Part shown: one piece after another, positions 35,399 through 48,989 of the stretch
Numbering within the stretch: the first letter of the stretch is position 1
How the letters are laid out: the number at the start of each line of letters is the position of its first letter
DNA from: Thalia democratica
Lineage: Eukaryota
Reading direction: 5' to 3'
Assembly (NCBI GenBank): GCA_965202585.1
Contig: OZ241830.1
Span: forward strand, 26,350,001 to 26,414,000
Length of the DNA: 64,000 bases
Program-made: the position numbers and the translations under genes
Notes under the pieces: generated by a model
What the model was told of the DNA's origin: nothing
The model's database searches: none
The model's input: only the letters and a program-made list of their open reading frames with translations

Positions 35399-38300
35399 TT
35401 AACACATATCGAACGGAAGTTTTCTTTTTCTATTTACAAGTTTGTTGATTTCAATTCCACACTTTCTATTTTTTCTTCGTCGGTTTTGAAACCAATTCTG
35501 TAAAGTGATCAATATTTAAAAAATAAATATTTTTAAGTAGATTAATTTCCTAAGTTTAATTTTTTACTTTAACAGCAACTTATATTCTGTTTAAAATAGA
35601 TTACATAAGTAGCTAAAAAGTTCTTTAAGGCCTTACTTAAAATTGTAAATATGTTTATATGAAAAAATTGAAAGTGAAACCTTCAGGTTTAAATACATAC
35701 ATTTATTACCTTAGAATAAATAGTTTTAAAAATTATACTAAAATACTGCTAAACTAAACTTTGTAGGTTGTAAATACAGAACATATTTTTCTACACTTAA
35801 GAATGAAACAGTATAAATTTATTTACAAGCTCAACCTCATATTAACTTTTATATATATGCTGATACATATACTATTAAAAACAAAATAAAACTTATATCT
35901 TTTTGATAAATAAAAGTTTTAGATTTATGTACTTTTTTACCTAAATTTAAAAATCAAGACATGAAATGAGTTCTAAGAAACTAAAGTACAAACATTTGTT
36001 AAAGTAGTAGTTATAAAAATTTAAGTTTTAAAAAGTTAACATTCAATGAAATAAGGAAAATTTTTAAAGGTGCATTACGTATCTTAAAACATATTTTCTG
36101 GCGAGTCTGGTTTGTTTTGCTCTATATTGTTGTTAATTTTTAATTAACCGTGATATAAACAAGTTTTGTTTTTTATAGTATCGTTATAGTAGTTTGAAGC
36201 TACGGATAAAAGTTCATATATTACCTTCACTTCATAACAAGTCAATTTACTCCTTTTTGCAATTTTCTCAATCTGATCAACCATAGGATACCAGCTGGTG
36301 AAATTATAAAAATCTTCCAAAATATCCAGCTGGTCGAAATTGAGCGTTATCCTTTGCCTAACAGATAAAAGTATATGAAAATATATTAGTTTGTACAGAT
36401 GCGTAAGTGTAAAATTAGTTAAAGTTATGAAATATAACATATTTTTTTTTTTAGTTTTAGGCTCAATGAGCGACGTGTGATGACGCCATAGGGGGTGTAG
36501 TTTAAGTTACCTCTAATGCTGTTGTATTTTACAACAAAATAGCAATTATGTTAGGTATTGCAAAAATAAGTTTAACATGAATATTTAAATAGATTTTAAA
36601 GGTATTTGTATTTACAGTAATTTCCTAACATTATTGTGCATCACCACTACTTAACTCATAACGGCAAGTACATTAGTTCTTAATATAATGTTTGTGTGTT
36701 TTAAAAGGACAATCTTTATAAATGTGTTACCAAATTCATTTTTTAATAATATAAACTAACTTTCTAAGTTTTTTTAAACTATCTTCGGCTGGTTGTTCTT
36801 CAGTATTGTAATCTTCATGATCATCATAATCAGCATGGTCTTCTAACTTTTCAACCGTAATATCTTCGTTATGCTGAATTTTCATTAACAGTTTACAATG
36901 CTTTTACAAAACATTTTTATCATTTTTTTAGTAAAAAAACGTTATATTTTAAAAGTTGCTAAAAACTAATAAAAATGGTTTTTTAATAATTTTTGTTTAC
37001 TTACACTAATTCTTATTTACTTTTAGTACACAAAAATAGAAAAATCATAATACTTCACGTACTTTTACTACAGTAACAGCATCCGTTTTTTGAAATACTT
37101 GGTCTGTTGGAAATATTATTTAAAAATTAATTGTAGTTATATAATTTTGTTTAATAATTAAAAGAAAACAATTATTGTTTTATTTTAAAGATTAGACTAA
37201 TTATATAAACAATTTATTAACAAACAAGAAATTTAAAACAAACTTTGCTTCTTTATACATTTACCAGCAGGTAATCCTTTGCTCATTCTAATAAGCTTTG
37301 ACCGTTTATTGTTAAACCAGTTCTGTAAAGAACTTTAAAATTTTTAATACTCTAAAAAAACTTTATTTAGTTTTTTAAATGGCTATTTAAATATTTTCAG
37401 ATATACTTTTAAATAAAAAAACTCGTTTAATTGTTAAAAAACTCGTTTATTGTTAAACCAGTTCTATAAAGAATTTAAAAATTTAATATAGTCTACAAAT
37501 ATATGTTTATTTAAACACCTCTAACTTGTTTTTTACAGTGCAAGATTTTTTCATATATACTTACGAAACAAACAAACTCGATTTTTTCTTACCACAACTT
37601 GATTTTCAGTGAGTCCAGTCATCTCGGAAATGTCAATTTTTCTGCCATTTTTAAGGTACTGACTTTTTTTAAAAGATGCCTCCAAAATTTCAAACTGCAG
37701 TCTTGTAAATTTCACACGAATCCTATAAATTTTGTTACATTTTAAAACTAGTACGTTTATAAAATTTCATTTTTAAAACGTGCATAATTGTTTAAAATGC
37801 AAGAAAGTAATCTCTTACTGTCTCTTTTTATTACCAATGGATGTCTCGGAATAAAGTTTCTTGTCTTTTGAGCTTGAAGGCGCGTCTTCACTGATCTAAA
37901 AAATAAACCTGTATTTGGAGCTTACTAGCTTACAAATAAAATACGAAATAGTTGATTTAGTTACCTTTCGTGTGTTGCTTACTAGAATAGGATTACCACT
38001 TTGTTGTACAGCTATCAGATCTGTAAACAAAAACAACTCATGACTTAAGATATTAATTAAAAACTAAGTTTAAGCTTATACCAGTATTATATTGCATGTT
38101 TTTACAATGAAGTGAGTGGTTCTGTTGCATAACATTCTGCTGTGGATATCTTTGATTTTGACCTGTTAAAAAAAAAAAGATGCACTTTTGAGTTTTTAAA
38201 TCATGAAACTTAACCCATTTGTATTTAGCTACATATTATGTGCTACTTGATAATGCTGCTGACCTTGTTGTATTTGTGGTTGTTGTGCAAACTGCTGTTG

Positions 38301-39122
38301 CCCAAGTGCTAGGTTAACATTTTGATTTTGATATTGTACAGCGTTTGTGTTGTAATAATGGTCAACATCATTTCGCTTAAACATATGAGCTTGTTGTTGA
38401 TTATTAACAATAGAAGTGTTGTTTTGTTGTGTTTGATAGTCATTTAGCACCGTATTGTAAGTATTGGTTAGATTCATTTGCTGATGAGTTGTTTTCTTTA
38501 CTGGGTTCACAATTACAGGTTGGTTTTGCTGGTAAATTTGCAACTGTAGATTAAAATTATCTATTATTGCTATTTCAACAGTGTTAACATATACCTATGC
38601 AAAATAACAAAGTCTTTATATAAATAAATAAAACAAAAGTTCTATTGAGTTTATTGCTTTACAGTTGTTTCTCGCTTACATCGTGTAGAAACAATTGTAA
38701 AGTAATAAACTCAATAGAACTTTTATTTTTTTAACTGTATAAAGGCTCCTTAAGTTTGAAACTTTCTTGAATTTTTTTGTTTAAATCTCAAAATTTCAAC
38801 AAAGTCTTTTGTAAAAAACTTTGCTAAAGTTTATAAAGCAAATAGTAAATGTTTAAAAACTTTTATGAATGTTTGTTGTGAAAAGTGTATATCAAAAAAA
38901 AACCTGATTGTTATTGAAATCGGAATTTAACAGAGAATAATTCATTTTACCAATAGAAAACTTCAAACTGTTACTATTAGTGCTGTGAAGATTTGGAGCG
39001 AAAAAGTTTTGTTGTTTAGTTACGTCGTATATTTTTTGACTTATTCCGGAAATTAACGGTTGGTTGGTCATAAAACTTTTTCCTGCTGCTAGAAGCGGAT
39101 CATAATAATTTGATGTTGCCAT
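35399..39122 (-). CDS. Double-homeodomain transcription factor, paralog 2 (452 aa, 11 coding exons)
   Basis: Exons 39122-38904, 38594-38264, 38162-38082, 38020-37965, 37895-37819, 37722-37593, 37322-37244, 37103-37063, 36873-36761, 36357-36225, 35497-35399. All GT..AG, total 1359 nt, open frame. HD1 = KRQIRVKFTRLQFEILEASFKKSQYLKNGRKIDISEMTGLTENQVV|NWFNNKRSKLIRMS. HD2 differs from paralog 1 at three conservative positions. Ends RKRKLPFDMC*. Confidence 0.9.
37443..37463 (-). other. Candidate 21-nt micro-exon (duplicated acceptor plus NWFNNKR codons) in intron 6 of paralog 2
   Basis: tttatAG|aactggtttaacaataaacga|GTtttt is a copy of the exon 7 acceptor region, in frame (phase 0/0). Use as an exon is not demonstrated. 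Confidence 0.4.
38635..38724 (+). other. 90-nt hairpin (38-bp stem, 14-nt loop) in intron 1 of paralog 2
   Basis: AAAAGTTCTATTGAGTTTATTGCTTTACAGTTGTTTCT / AGAAACAATTGTAAAGTAATAAACTCAATAGAACTTTT. The only two non-Watson-Crick pairs are G-U on the + strand. Confidence 0.85.
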
Positions 39123-42100
39123 TTTTAAAAACAACAAGAAATTAAAAAAACCTAAAACATGTAAATATTGAGTTATAAGTAAGTATCGATACCAAAACTG
39201 CTAAAACAGCTACTAAGGTAACAAACAAAAGTATACCTAAATTAATACAACGTAAAAAAGATTTTAAAACTTAACTTATTAAACGAAGTTATAGCTACTA
39301 AATGCTTAAGTAAGAGCTAATATTGCTATAAGCTTTAGGTTTCACTGTTTAATTCGAAATAATAAAACAAAGTTCCAACATATTGAGCTTTTTAAAGTAA
39401 GTTCAAAATTATTACAAGTTTTGCTATTAAAGTGTACGTTAATAAGCTTTATAGTTATACCATATGTAAACTACACTCTCATTAAATGTTTTAACAATGT
39501 GCTTATTTAGTGAAAAAGACCTATTTTATAAAAATCCATCAACTAATAAATACAGTTTTTAATTTATTCTTTTAGTTTTTTTTGTATTAATCAATTATAC
39601 TAACAGTTACGATTTCAATTTTATGCATATTGATAATTTAGTAAAACTAACTAATCTAGCTAGATTTTTTTTAATTCACTTATCGGCTGCTCTGTGACTA
39701 CTAAAATTATATCTAGAATTTTGTCCGTATAGTAACTAAAACAAAAACCTTGGTTTATTCATTTGAAATATAATTAACACACTCCAAAAAACATTTTTAG
39801 ATAAAAAAATCAAAAGATATAATTTAGATTTATAAACTCTGCACAAAAAATACCTTTGTTAAACAAATGTTGCATGTAAATTAAAAAAATAGTTACTCTA
39901 AAATATCAATAATTTTTGTGAAATATGTATGTAAGAACTTAGAAAGTTATAAAAATCTTACCTGAACAATTTTTATTCAAAAAGGTTTGTTTAGATTGAA
40001 ATGTTACATTATTAATTGTTTTTAGTTTGCTGTGATAGCTTTTGCTTTTTAAATATAAACTGCAATGAAATTTAAGCATTGAATAGGTTGTCTACGTAAC
40101 AAGTTTTGTATTATATTTAGTTAATAAATAATTTATTTATATGAGAAGTTAGTAGTGCATATGGAAGTTACTAACCCCTACTACATACAAAAGTGTATAC
40201 AAATTGACTTGCTTAGAAGCGAGAATTGTACTATTATGTTTGCTCTTATTTTTGCTTAACGTGATAATAAAAATTAGCTAAACGATGCTAAATAAAACAA
40301 CGAAATTTTCACCTTATACGGGTAATTTAACTACTTTCATGGTATGAAATTGATTATTCCTATTGTTCAGTAACTTTGATAAATAAAAGTTCATTAAAAT
40401 TTTTTTGTTCTATCTTAAAAGTTAATTAATGTTTGAGTTTTTTTAAAACTTTTAGGATAAAAATAAATTTATTCATAAAACTAAAAAGCTATAAATAATA
40501 ATCATAAATCAAAATACGTTCATTAAAAACATAAATCATACCATGTGTTTTAAAATCAAAATAAATTACAAATTTTATTTATTTTTACATATAAGTTTTT
40601 CAAATAAGAGAACTTTTCCTTAGTTCACTTCTGTTTTAAATAATATAAAAAAAATTAAAATAAAATAAAGTTGTATGTAGATCAAATTCTATATTTATTT
40701 ATTAAACTTTTCTAAATTTATACAATGTAAAGACAACTTACGTTTTTATAAGGTTCATAAAACTGTTCTAATCGGTATAGCTCAAAAAATTTTTGTTAAG
40801 ATACGTTTTTTTAAGTTAACTAAACTCCATGGATTTCATCAAAAATATGTTACTTTGTAGGTTTGTTTTTTTTTACTGACAGCTAACTTAAAAACTATGT
40901 TTAATAAAAATAGAGTATATATTTATCAAAATCTAATGTTTTGTTTCAATATCGGAGAGATTTTAATGAAATTTACGTTTACAACTTTAAATATTATTTA
41001 TTTGTGATATCTTAAAATAGTTTAAATAAGCTAATATATAAAATGTTTTTGTTTTTAGTCGATTTTTAACTTCTACTATATATAACGTTTTTGTTGTCAT
41101 TTACTTACAAATACATGTTTGTAGTAGATATATCTAATAAGTGAACAAATATATTTTATGTTTGTTTATTTATGCGTTAATCTTTTAAACACTTTATTTT
41201 ATGAGCAACAAGACGTATGTTGTCAATAAAGTACTTGCGTACAAAAACACTTGCTCTTAAAATAATTAAACTGAATTAACAAGTTTTTAGTTTCAGATAA
41301 TATTAGGATAATGATTTTAGTTTTTGAGTATTCCCAGAAGTTAGCAAAAACAATGTATATATATATGTACTAGAGCATGTCAACTGTTTAATTTGTACAT
41401 TAACAAGTCAAAGAAAACATCGGCGAAAATCCATAGAGTCTAAGCCTGCACTTCCGAATGCCGTGAGACAAACTCAATAACACTATGAAGTAAATTGATT
41501 GGTTGACAAAAAAGTCTTTTATTCAATAAAAATATACTTCAACAAATTTACATCAGTTTCATTCATTTTAAACAAAAAAAAAATTAAGCTTTTTCAGCCC
41601 TGTATTTACATCAGAAATTAGTTAATGAAGCAAAAAAAAGTAATTTAAATTATAAACAAACATAACTGAATACAAAATGAGAAAACTAATTAACTAAGCA
41701 AGGTAAATGAATAATTAAAAGCTTTCTGCTCACATAACTTTAGTTTATTTAATGAATCTAAATGGTTTAAACTTTGATTAAATCAAAAACATCGTATACA
41801 TTCTTAAAATTTTGAGTTTCGCACCGTTATAACTTTCTTCACAAACTTTATTGTTAACTTAATGTTCCGATATTAAAGATCTATCCATGGAATTTGAAGT
41901 TGTGATACTAATTGTACCACACTAATGAAAACTTGTTCTATGTTTGTGTTAAATAAAAAACTTTCTTTATTTTTAGTTAAGTTTAGTAGCAGACTATAGT
42001 TCTAAATCGATTAAATTCAAAATAAACCTGTTTTGAAAACAAATCACCAAAATAATTAGCTACCTATAACTTAAAATAAACGCTGTTTTTGCTAATTCTA

Positions 42101-45100
42101 CTTCAAAAGCTTAAAATTTTGTAAAATACTTTTTCTTAAATTCAAAACCAACGTTTGCCTAACCGTGTATTATACTTGACTAAGACTTAAAGTTTAAGAA
42201 GATTTCAGAACAGTCCTACACCAGAGAGTCCTACACCAGTAAGTGTAATATAATTCAATTAGATAATTAGCACTGTGTATATACCTTTTTTTATTAATCT
42301 TTACTAGGCACTATGATAAAGCATTTTTAAGTAGTTAAAAAATGGAATCTGTATTATAAAGGTGTTGCAATTAAAGAGTACACTGAATAATAAATTAAAA
42401 TTAATTACTGATCTCTTACCTGCAAATACCTTATATGGTAAAAAACTTGTTTCACATTTCTAAAGTTTTGAAAATTTGTAACTTTAAAGGATTGACTTAT
42501 AAAATCCAACACAAAAATTTTGATAGTTTTCAAAAAAATTTAAATCTAAGTTTTAGGTTTTTTAGTCATCAAAACATCTGCTTTCTTAAGTAAAATATCG
42601 TTATTGGTGCTTTTTGATCTTATTAAAATAAAAAAGCTTATTATTACTTATAAAAGTACAGCTACAAAATATTATTTACGAAATCATCACGATCTTGAAC
42701 CTAGTAAGTAATTATGTTAATATAACATATATTTTAGGAGTTTTTTCCTATAAAACTTATACATAAAACATCAGTATTGCATTTAAAAAGTATCTTACTT
42801 ATAATTTTTCAAGTAAAAATTAAAAAAAACGTGTTTTATTAAATAAACAATGTTAATTGTCGTTTTTGCAAACAATTTACAAAAATTAATGAGTTTTAAA
42901 ACTACCGACTGCAAACATAAGTTAGTGGATGTGTAGAGTAAGTAACTCACAGTTGGTAGTCATAACTTTCGATTCAAGCCGATTTTATTTATTTAAGAAA
43001 TTTATCTTATAAGTTTTAAAACATTTATATCGTTTCTTAATAAATAAAGCAAACTATTAGTCTGTAACATGGAATCCTGAGCACTTACTTAGTTTTTTAT
43101 TTTATTTCATTTTTTTTTTAATACATTCATAGCGCGTAGAATAATTTCATAATTTAGTTATCGTTTTTATTTAAGTAATTTTTCTTCTATCACTTATAGT
43201 TCAATTTTTCTTTCTTATTTTGTTGACTAAAAAGGAAAAAAAAAACTGTCAACTAAATTGTCTAAATTAATGTTTTTTATAAAATTCAGACGAAAATCGT
43301 TAAGTATATATTTCAATCGTTATAAAAATAACAAACATCTATTATTTCTTATAGTTTTTTTTTTTAAAAACAAGTTTTAATAATCATCTAAATAGTAAAC
43401 TTGAAAAAAAACAAAAACCTATCTATTAATGAAAGCAAATATTATAAAACTACAGTTCTAACTCTGAGATGTATACATTAAAAAAGTATACTCTAACAAA
43501 TGCTTAATTTTTTTTGTGAAAAATACAACGTCATCACTACACCTTACCAATCTCAAATGAACTAGCTAGTTGTGGGTCAAAATATTGATCTACTTTAAAA
43601 ATCACCTAAGGTCTATACAAATTAAACTAATTAATGTGAAATTAATGAAACAATATAATTTTAGATAAAGTACTACTGTATTCACACCTTGCAAATTAAA
43701 TTTGATTAGCAGTTTCCGTTTGTTACACTAAAGTGCCCGAGATAGAGTCTCATCTTACACTTTGTATTTTTCTAAACTACTTTAACAATTTTTTAACAAC
43801 TACTGAATTTATTAGAAAAACAGTTTTCAATTAAAATAGTAATTAAAGATAAAACTTTTCTTACTTTATAAAATTCTAACAAATTTATATAACAATTACT
43901 TCACGGTTTGAATCAGATTAAATTTTTAGAAAAAATCATGTTAAATAATACTTTCTTGAAGTTTTGATTCTCAAACCATATTTAACTTTATTATACACTT
44001 TAACATAAGTATGCTACCCTTGAAAAATTTTTACTTGAAAAGTTTATCCCGTTTAATATAAAATCTTCCGAATTTAATGAAGAATATTAAGTTTAAACTG
44101 ATGTAAACTTTACTGTTTTAAAATTGTTTTATAATTATAACGTGCTATAACATGAATTTATTCAACAACATATAAAGAAAAGCGCTTAAAAAAGTTGGTT
44201 TAAGCAATAGTGTACAAAAATATTTTTAAAATTTTGCTTTTTTTAGCGTTATAATTCAACTATTATTCAACTTTCTTTTTTTAAGTTTTAATAAGTTTCT
44301 AAAATGAGATATTTATTTATTACGTTTATATTTAAAGCAAAACTTCCGTTTTTAAGAGTAACAAGTTATTTGTTATTTTTGATTAAAAAATAACACTACA
44401 AGAGTGTTTTAGTTTTACTCAATAATTAAGAAAGTTATAAACAATAAGGAGAATAAAAATTATAATGAATTGTAAGTTAGTCGTGAAACAAAATTAAATG
44501 AAAAAATATAGTAGATTTAAGTTTAAGTATTAAGTGTTTTATATTTTCCTTTAAGTGAATAAAAAAAAATATTTTACATTAATTCAATTCCAACTTCTTT
44601 TTATTTCTATTATATGAAATAATTGTTTTCGACTATGTATTTGGCTTGAACTATTAGTTTTTGCATTTAGTAAGGTTCAAGACGTAAAAGTTATATTGAG
44701 CTATTAGAAAGTTTATAAATAAATTTATTAATTAAAAAGCGAAGAGCTTAATTTTTTTAAGTATATATGTTGTCCAATTGACTTTCATTACAAATTAAAG
44801 TACTGTACCGACTACCGATTTACAATAATCGAATTTAATTTTAAATTCTCTATTTATAACATAAATTTAATGCTCATAAAATTTTAAATAAGTTGTTTAA
44901 AAAAAATTAACTGTTTAAACTTAACCATAAAAAAAAACTAAAAGAAAAAACTTGGGTAAAACCAATTTCTGAGGATGTTAAAAAAGACTCACCAACCTGT
45001 TATATTAACAGTAATATTTTTTTGCAGTAGTGTTAAAGAAACATAAAAAATATGGTTTTATTAATATACTAACTGTAAGACGTTGAAAAGTAGTTTAATT

Positions 45101-48100
45101 TTAATATATTTTACTTTTTTAATAAAATAAGAATTTTTGATGTATTGATAAAAATATTTATGTTCTGCACATCTTATGAAGTCAAGATAGGTCAACTTTG
45201 CTTTAATAAAAAAATGTTCAAAACTAAGCAAAATTAATTATTCTGTAAATGTTAATTTTTTTAGTTTTATCAAAATTATATTGTAAACGTTTAAAACTAT
45301 GACTACTTAAGATTTTTTTTACATTATAAATAAAACTAGTGCTAAAAAATCCTCATAAAAATTATCTAATAAATACACCTTGAAATTGTATATTTTTATG
45401 AATAAAAGACATCAAAACTTTTGTAGTTGTTTTCGATTTATTATTTTTTACTTTAAAACATTATTAAACATTTTATGTAAATTTTCTATATTTTTTTTAT
45501 GAATCATGAACATCATATCAATTTTGTTTAAAAGGTAAAAGAGTTCTTTATGAGTAATAAAGGAATTTAAACAAAGTTTGTTTGAACTAAACAAAGTTCC
45601 ACTAAACTTTTAGATTTTCCTCTAAAAATTTGTGCACAAATTCGTGTGACAACAGGTCACTTCACCTCACGTTCCTCAGTCCTGGATCATCGTGTTGATA
45701 AGCTTCCGTTGAAATAAAAGTCACTCGACAACCTATCTCCGTGCTCATCATTAATTTTTAATATAAGTCTACAAGTGTAACATGATAAAATATGTTGTCC
45801 TAACAAATAAAAACAATCATATAAACTAACGAATTCCGAAAAATTTAAATAATCATTAACTGCTTCAGTATTACAAATACTAGGACTTAAATATAAACAG
45901 GAATTTTGCAGTCTGAAAGTTATACTTTATGTTTTGTTCCTAGGTGATGTTCGTTAAAACCACTGTATTATTTTAATATAAAACGTTTTTTTTGTAAGAC
46001 TAAGTTCAACCTTATAACAAGAATAATAGTGATTTAGTTTTAGGTGCTTTTTATAATTTTTTCCGGTAAAAATTTCTTTTTATATTAGAGTTAAATCAGT
46101 TTAAATTTTAACACGAAGTTTTTAGATCGGAAAAGCGAAATAAACGATACTATACACAAATAATTAAATTATTGAGGCTGAAAAGTATGAAGGAGTACTA
46201 GCTTCATTTATGAATTTTAAATTTGACGTTTTTAAAGAAAGAAGTATAGTATGTTAAAAACACTTTGATTTCATAACTTACATAATGTGAATTAATTTAC
46301 TAGTATAAATATAAACTAGCGCTATTTAACATGGATTAAAAACGAGAAAAAAAGTTTTGCTCTAAATAAAATTGTAAGCTGTCTTCCGGAAAATTAGCGA
46401 ACATAAAATATTTTTTTATGTGTTATCTTACTAGTTTGTCAGCTTAACTTTATGAAAAGTTCAAGGTTAGCTCTTAATCCTATTATACAAACACTTTAAT
46501 AAACACAAAAAGCATTTTATTTACTAATAAAGTAGATAGAACTTTGGTATGAAAATAAACATTTTTGGCTTATCATAGGTACCTCTGGTTTAAAAGAATG
46601 TTGTGCTTAATTTGACAATAAATATTTGAATCATACAAAGTTTTCAGTTTTTCAACAAATTAAGTGTAAGTAAATATTTTGTTACTTTATTTTTATTACA
46701 TTTTAAGTTAGGTAGTTTGACTTTATCACAGTTCAGATAAATATACAATTATAATGATAGTATCAAATTAGCTCATACATATGGCTACAATTTGTTTTAT
46801 ATCTTATTGTAAATTATTACACGACTATGAAAATTTGAATTTTATAAATAATACATAAGGAGTGTAAAGTTTTTATTATTCGTTTTAACATAACTTATCA
46901 TTTTTTAGATCTGCTATAACTTATTTTTCTTTTTTTACTGCAACGTTAAAAAATAGGTTAGTTTATCTTATCACAAGCTAAGCATGTAAGTGTCAGTGTG
47001 TCTGGTTCATTATAAGTCTATAACGTTTTTTTAACTTAAAAAAATATTTTTTGCAAAAAAATGAAAGTTTTATAGTCATTTGAATAAACCATATCAGAAA
47101 AACTACTAGTAGGTCTATTTCTTTTATAAAATGGTTATTGCATAACTTTGCACAATATCGTATATTATGTAATGCATAATTTAAAAATTATAAAGCAGAT
47201 TACAGAACATAAAATTTGCCTAAATTTGTTTAATTACTATCAAATTGCTTTTTTACTAGACTAAACAAGTAGTACTTGAACGTAGTTTGAACTTTTCTAG
47301 CACAAAGTATTACGGACTTTTAGGACAAGAACCTTTTATAAAATTTTAAACGTTTTTATTGAAATCGCTTCTTAAAATTTAAAGCGTGATTTCTAGTTTA
47401 TGGTTTTAAAATCGTCATAGGTACGTAGTTCTAATAAAGTTTTATAGACACAACTTACTTTAAAAGTTTACCAATATATATTAAAAGTAGATTTCTATTA
47501 GTTTTTTAAGACTAAATTACGTTGAATATATAGCTGGGTCAATGAGTTGTTAGCGTATAAAGCTTTAAGCTAATTAACTTAAAATATATGTTTTTTATTT
47601 GTAAAATAAAAATAGTTGGTATATCGTTTTTCAGTTTGTAAAATCAATTGTTATAGTTATTAAATAGTTTGCAAATTAGTAAAGTCAATTTTAGTGTTTA
47701 CTTATATTTAAACTTAAAGCACTAAATTCCATCCATAGTTAACCTAACACAGATATCTCAATAAACTACAATGTAGATAATACAAAATTTTCTCTGAATT
47801 ATTCTGAGTCATTTTTGTAATTAAAATACGATACGTTACGCTGATTAGTTTTATTTGTAATTAAACTTGACTTACTATATTTTAAAACCACCTTTTATAT
47901 ACTGTACTGTACATCTACATGTACCTAGAGTACAATGTTGTAAGAATTCCTGTAAATCCTTTAAGGTTTAGTTTTTTATGTGTACATGACTGTCGCTGTT
48001 CACTATAAGAAACAAAAGTATTTTGACTTATTTATGTGTAACATTCTTGTTATATTTTTAAATTCTAAAATTAAAGATTAAAACAATAAATGTGGTGTGT

Positions 48101-48989
48101 TGACGATATTCTTTGCTTTCACTATTGTTAACAACACTACAAAAGTATTGATAACTTTAAAGAGTAAGAAAAATAAGTTGGATTTTAAATATTTTTTTTT
48201 ATTTTTTTTATTAGATTTTGTCTTTATTTTCTAATTTTATTATTTTGAAGTTATTGTGTTATACGTTTAAGACGTAATTAAATGTTAAAATGTATATGCT
48301 TTTATCCTTATTTACGTAGCTGATATTTTTATAAAACTTAATAAAGTAGTATTGTATTAAAATTTTGTTCATGATTTGTAAAGTATAATTTTATGTCTTT
48401 ATAAAGAACGATTTAAACAGATTATATAGAACAACTTCTGCAAATAAAAACTAAAACTTCAGGCAGTAACAACAATTTTAATTAAGTATAAAAAAAGATC
48501 TATAAATATAAAAAGCTGTTTAATTATCTCAATCTGGCTTAATAAGACAATTAATGTTCCCAAACTACTTAGTTAACAAAAACATCATCGAAAGTCTGCA
48601 GAGCAGAAGTCCGGACTTTCGTATGCCGTGAGAAAAGTCCTAATAATCACGAAACCGGTCTCAGTCTACCAAAGGCTTGTGGTCTGATGCTCGATTGGTA
48701 TGATCAATTTTTTAAAATCTACTTAGTGGTAGAAAAAACTAATTTAGGCATTGACAACGCAAAATATTTTATGGTGATACTTGAGTCTTTACATATCTAT
48801 ACAATGTGGAACACCTCTAAATGATATTTAACATTTATAAGCGTTGAAAGAGTATTTAAAACTATGTTCTTAAAAATGTTACATATTCAATGAAACTTAA
48901 TAAAAAGCTTACACTTTAAGTACCCTTTTATAAATCTAAAAAAAAAAATTAAATGTCGTATAAAGGTGTGCCATGTTGTAAACACATGT

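Noticed and set aside
42212-42240. Direct repeat agtcctacaccag x2
   Set aside because: A single short slippage duplication with no further structure.
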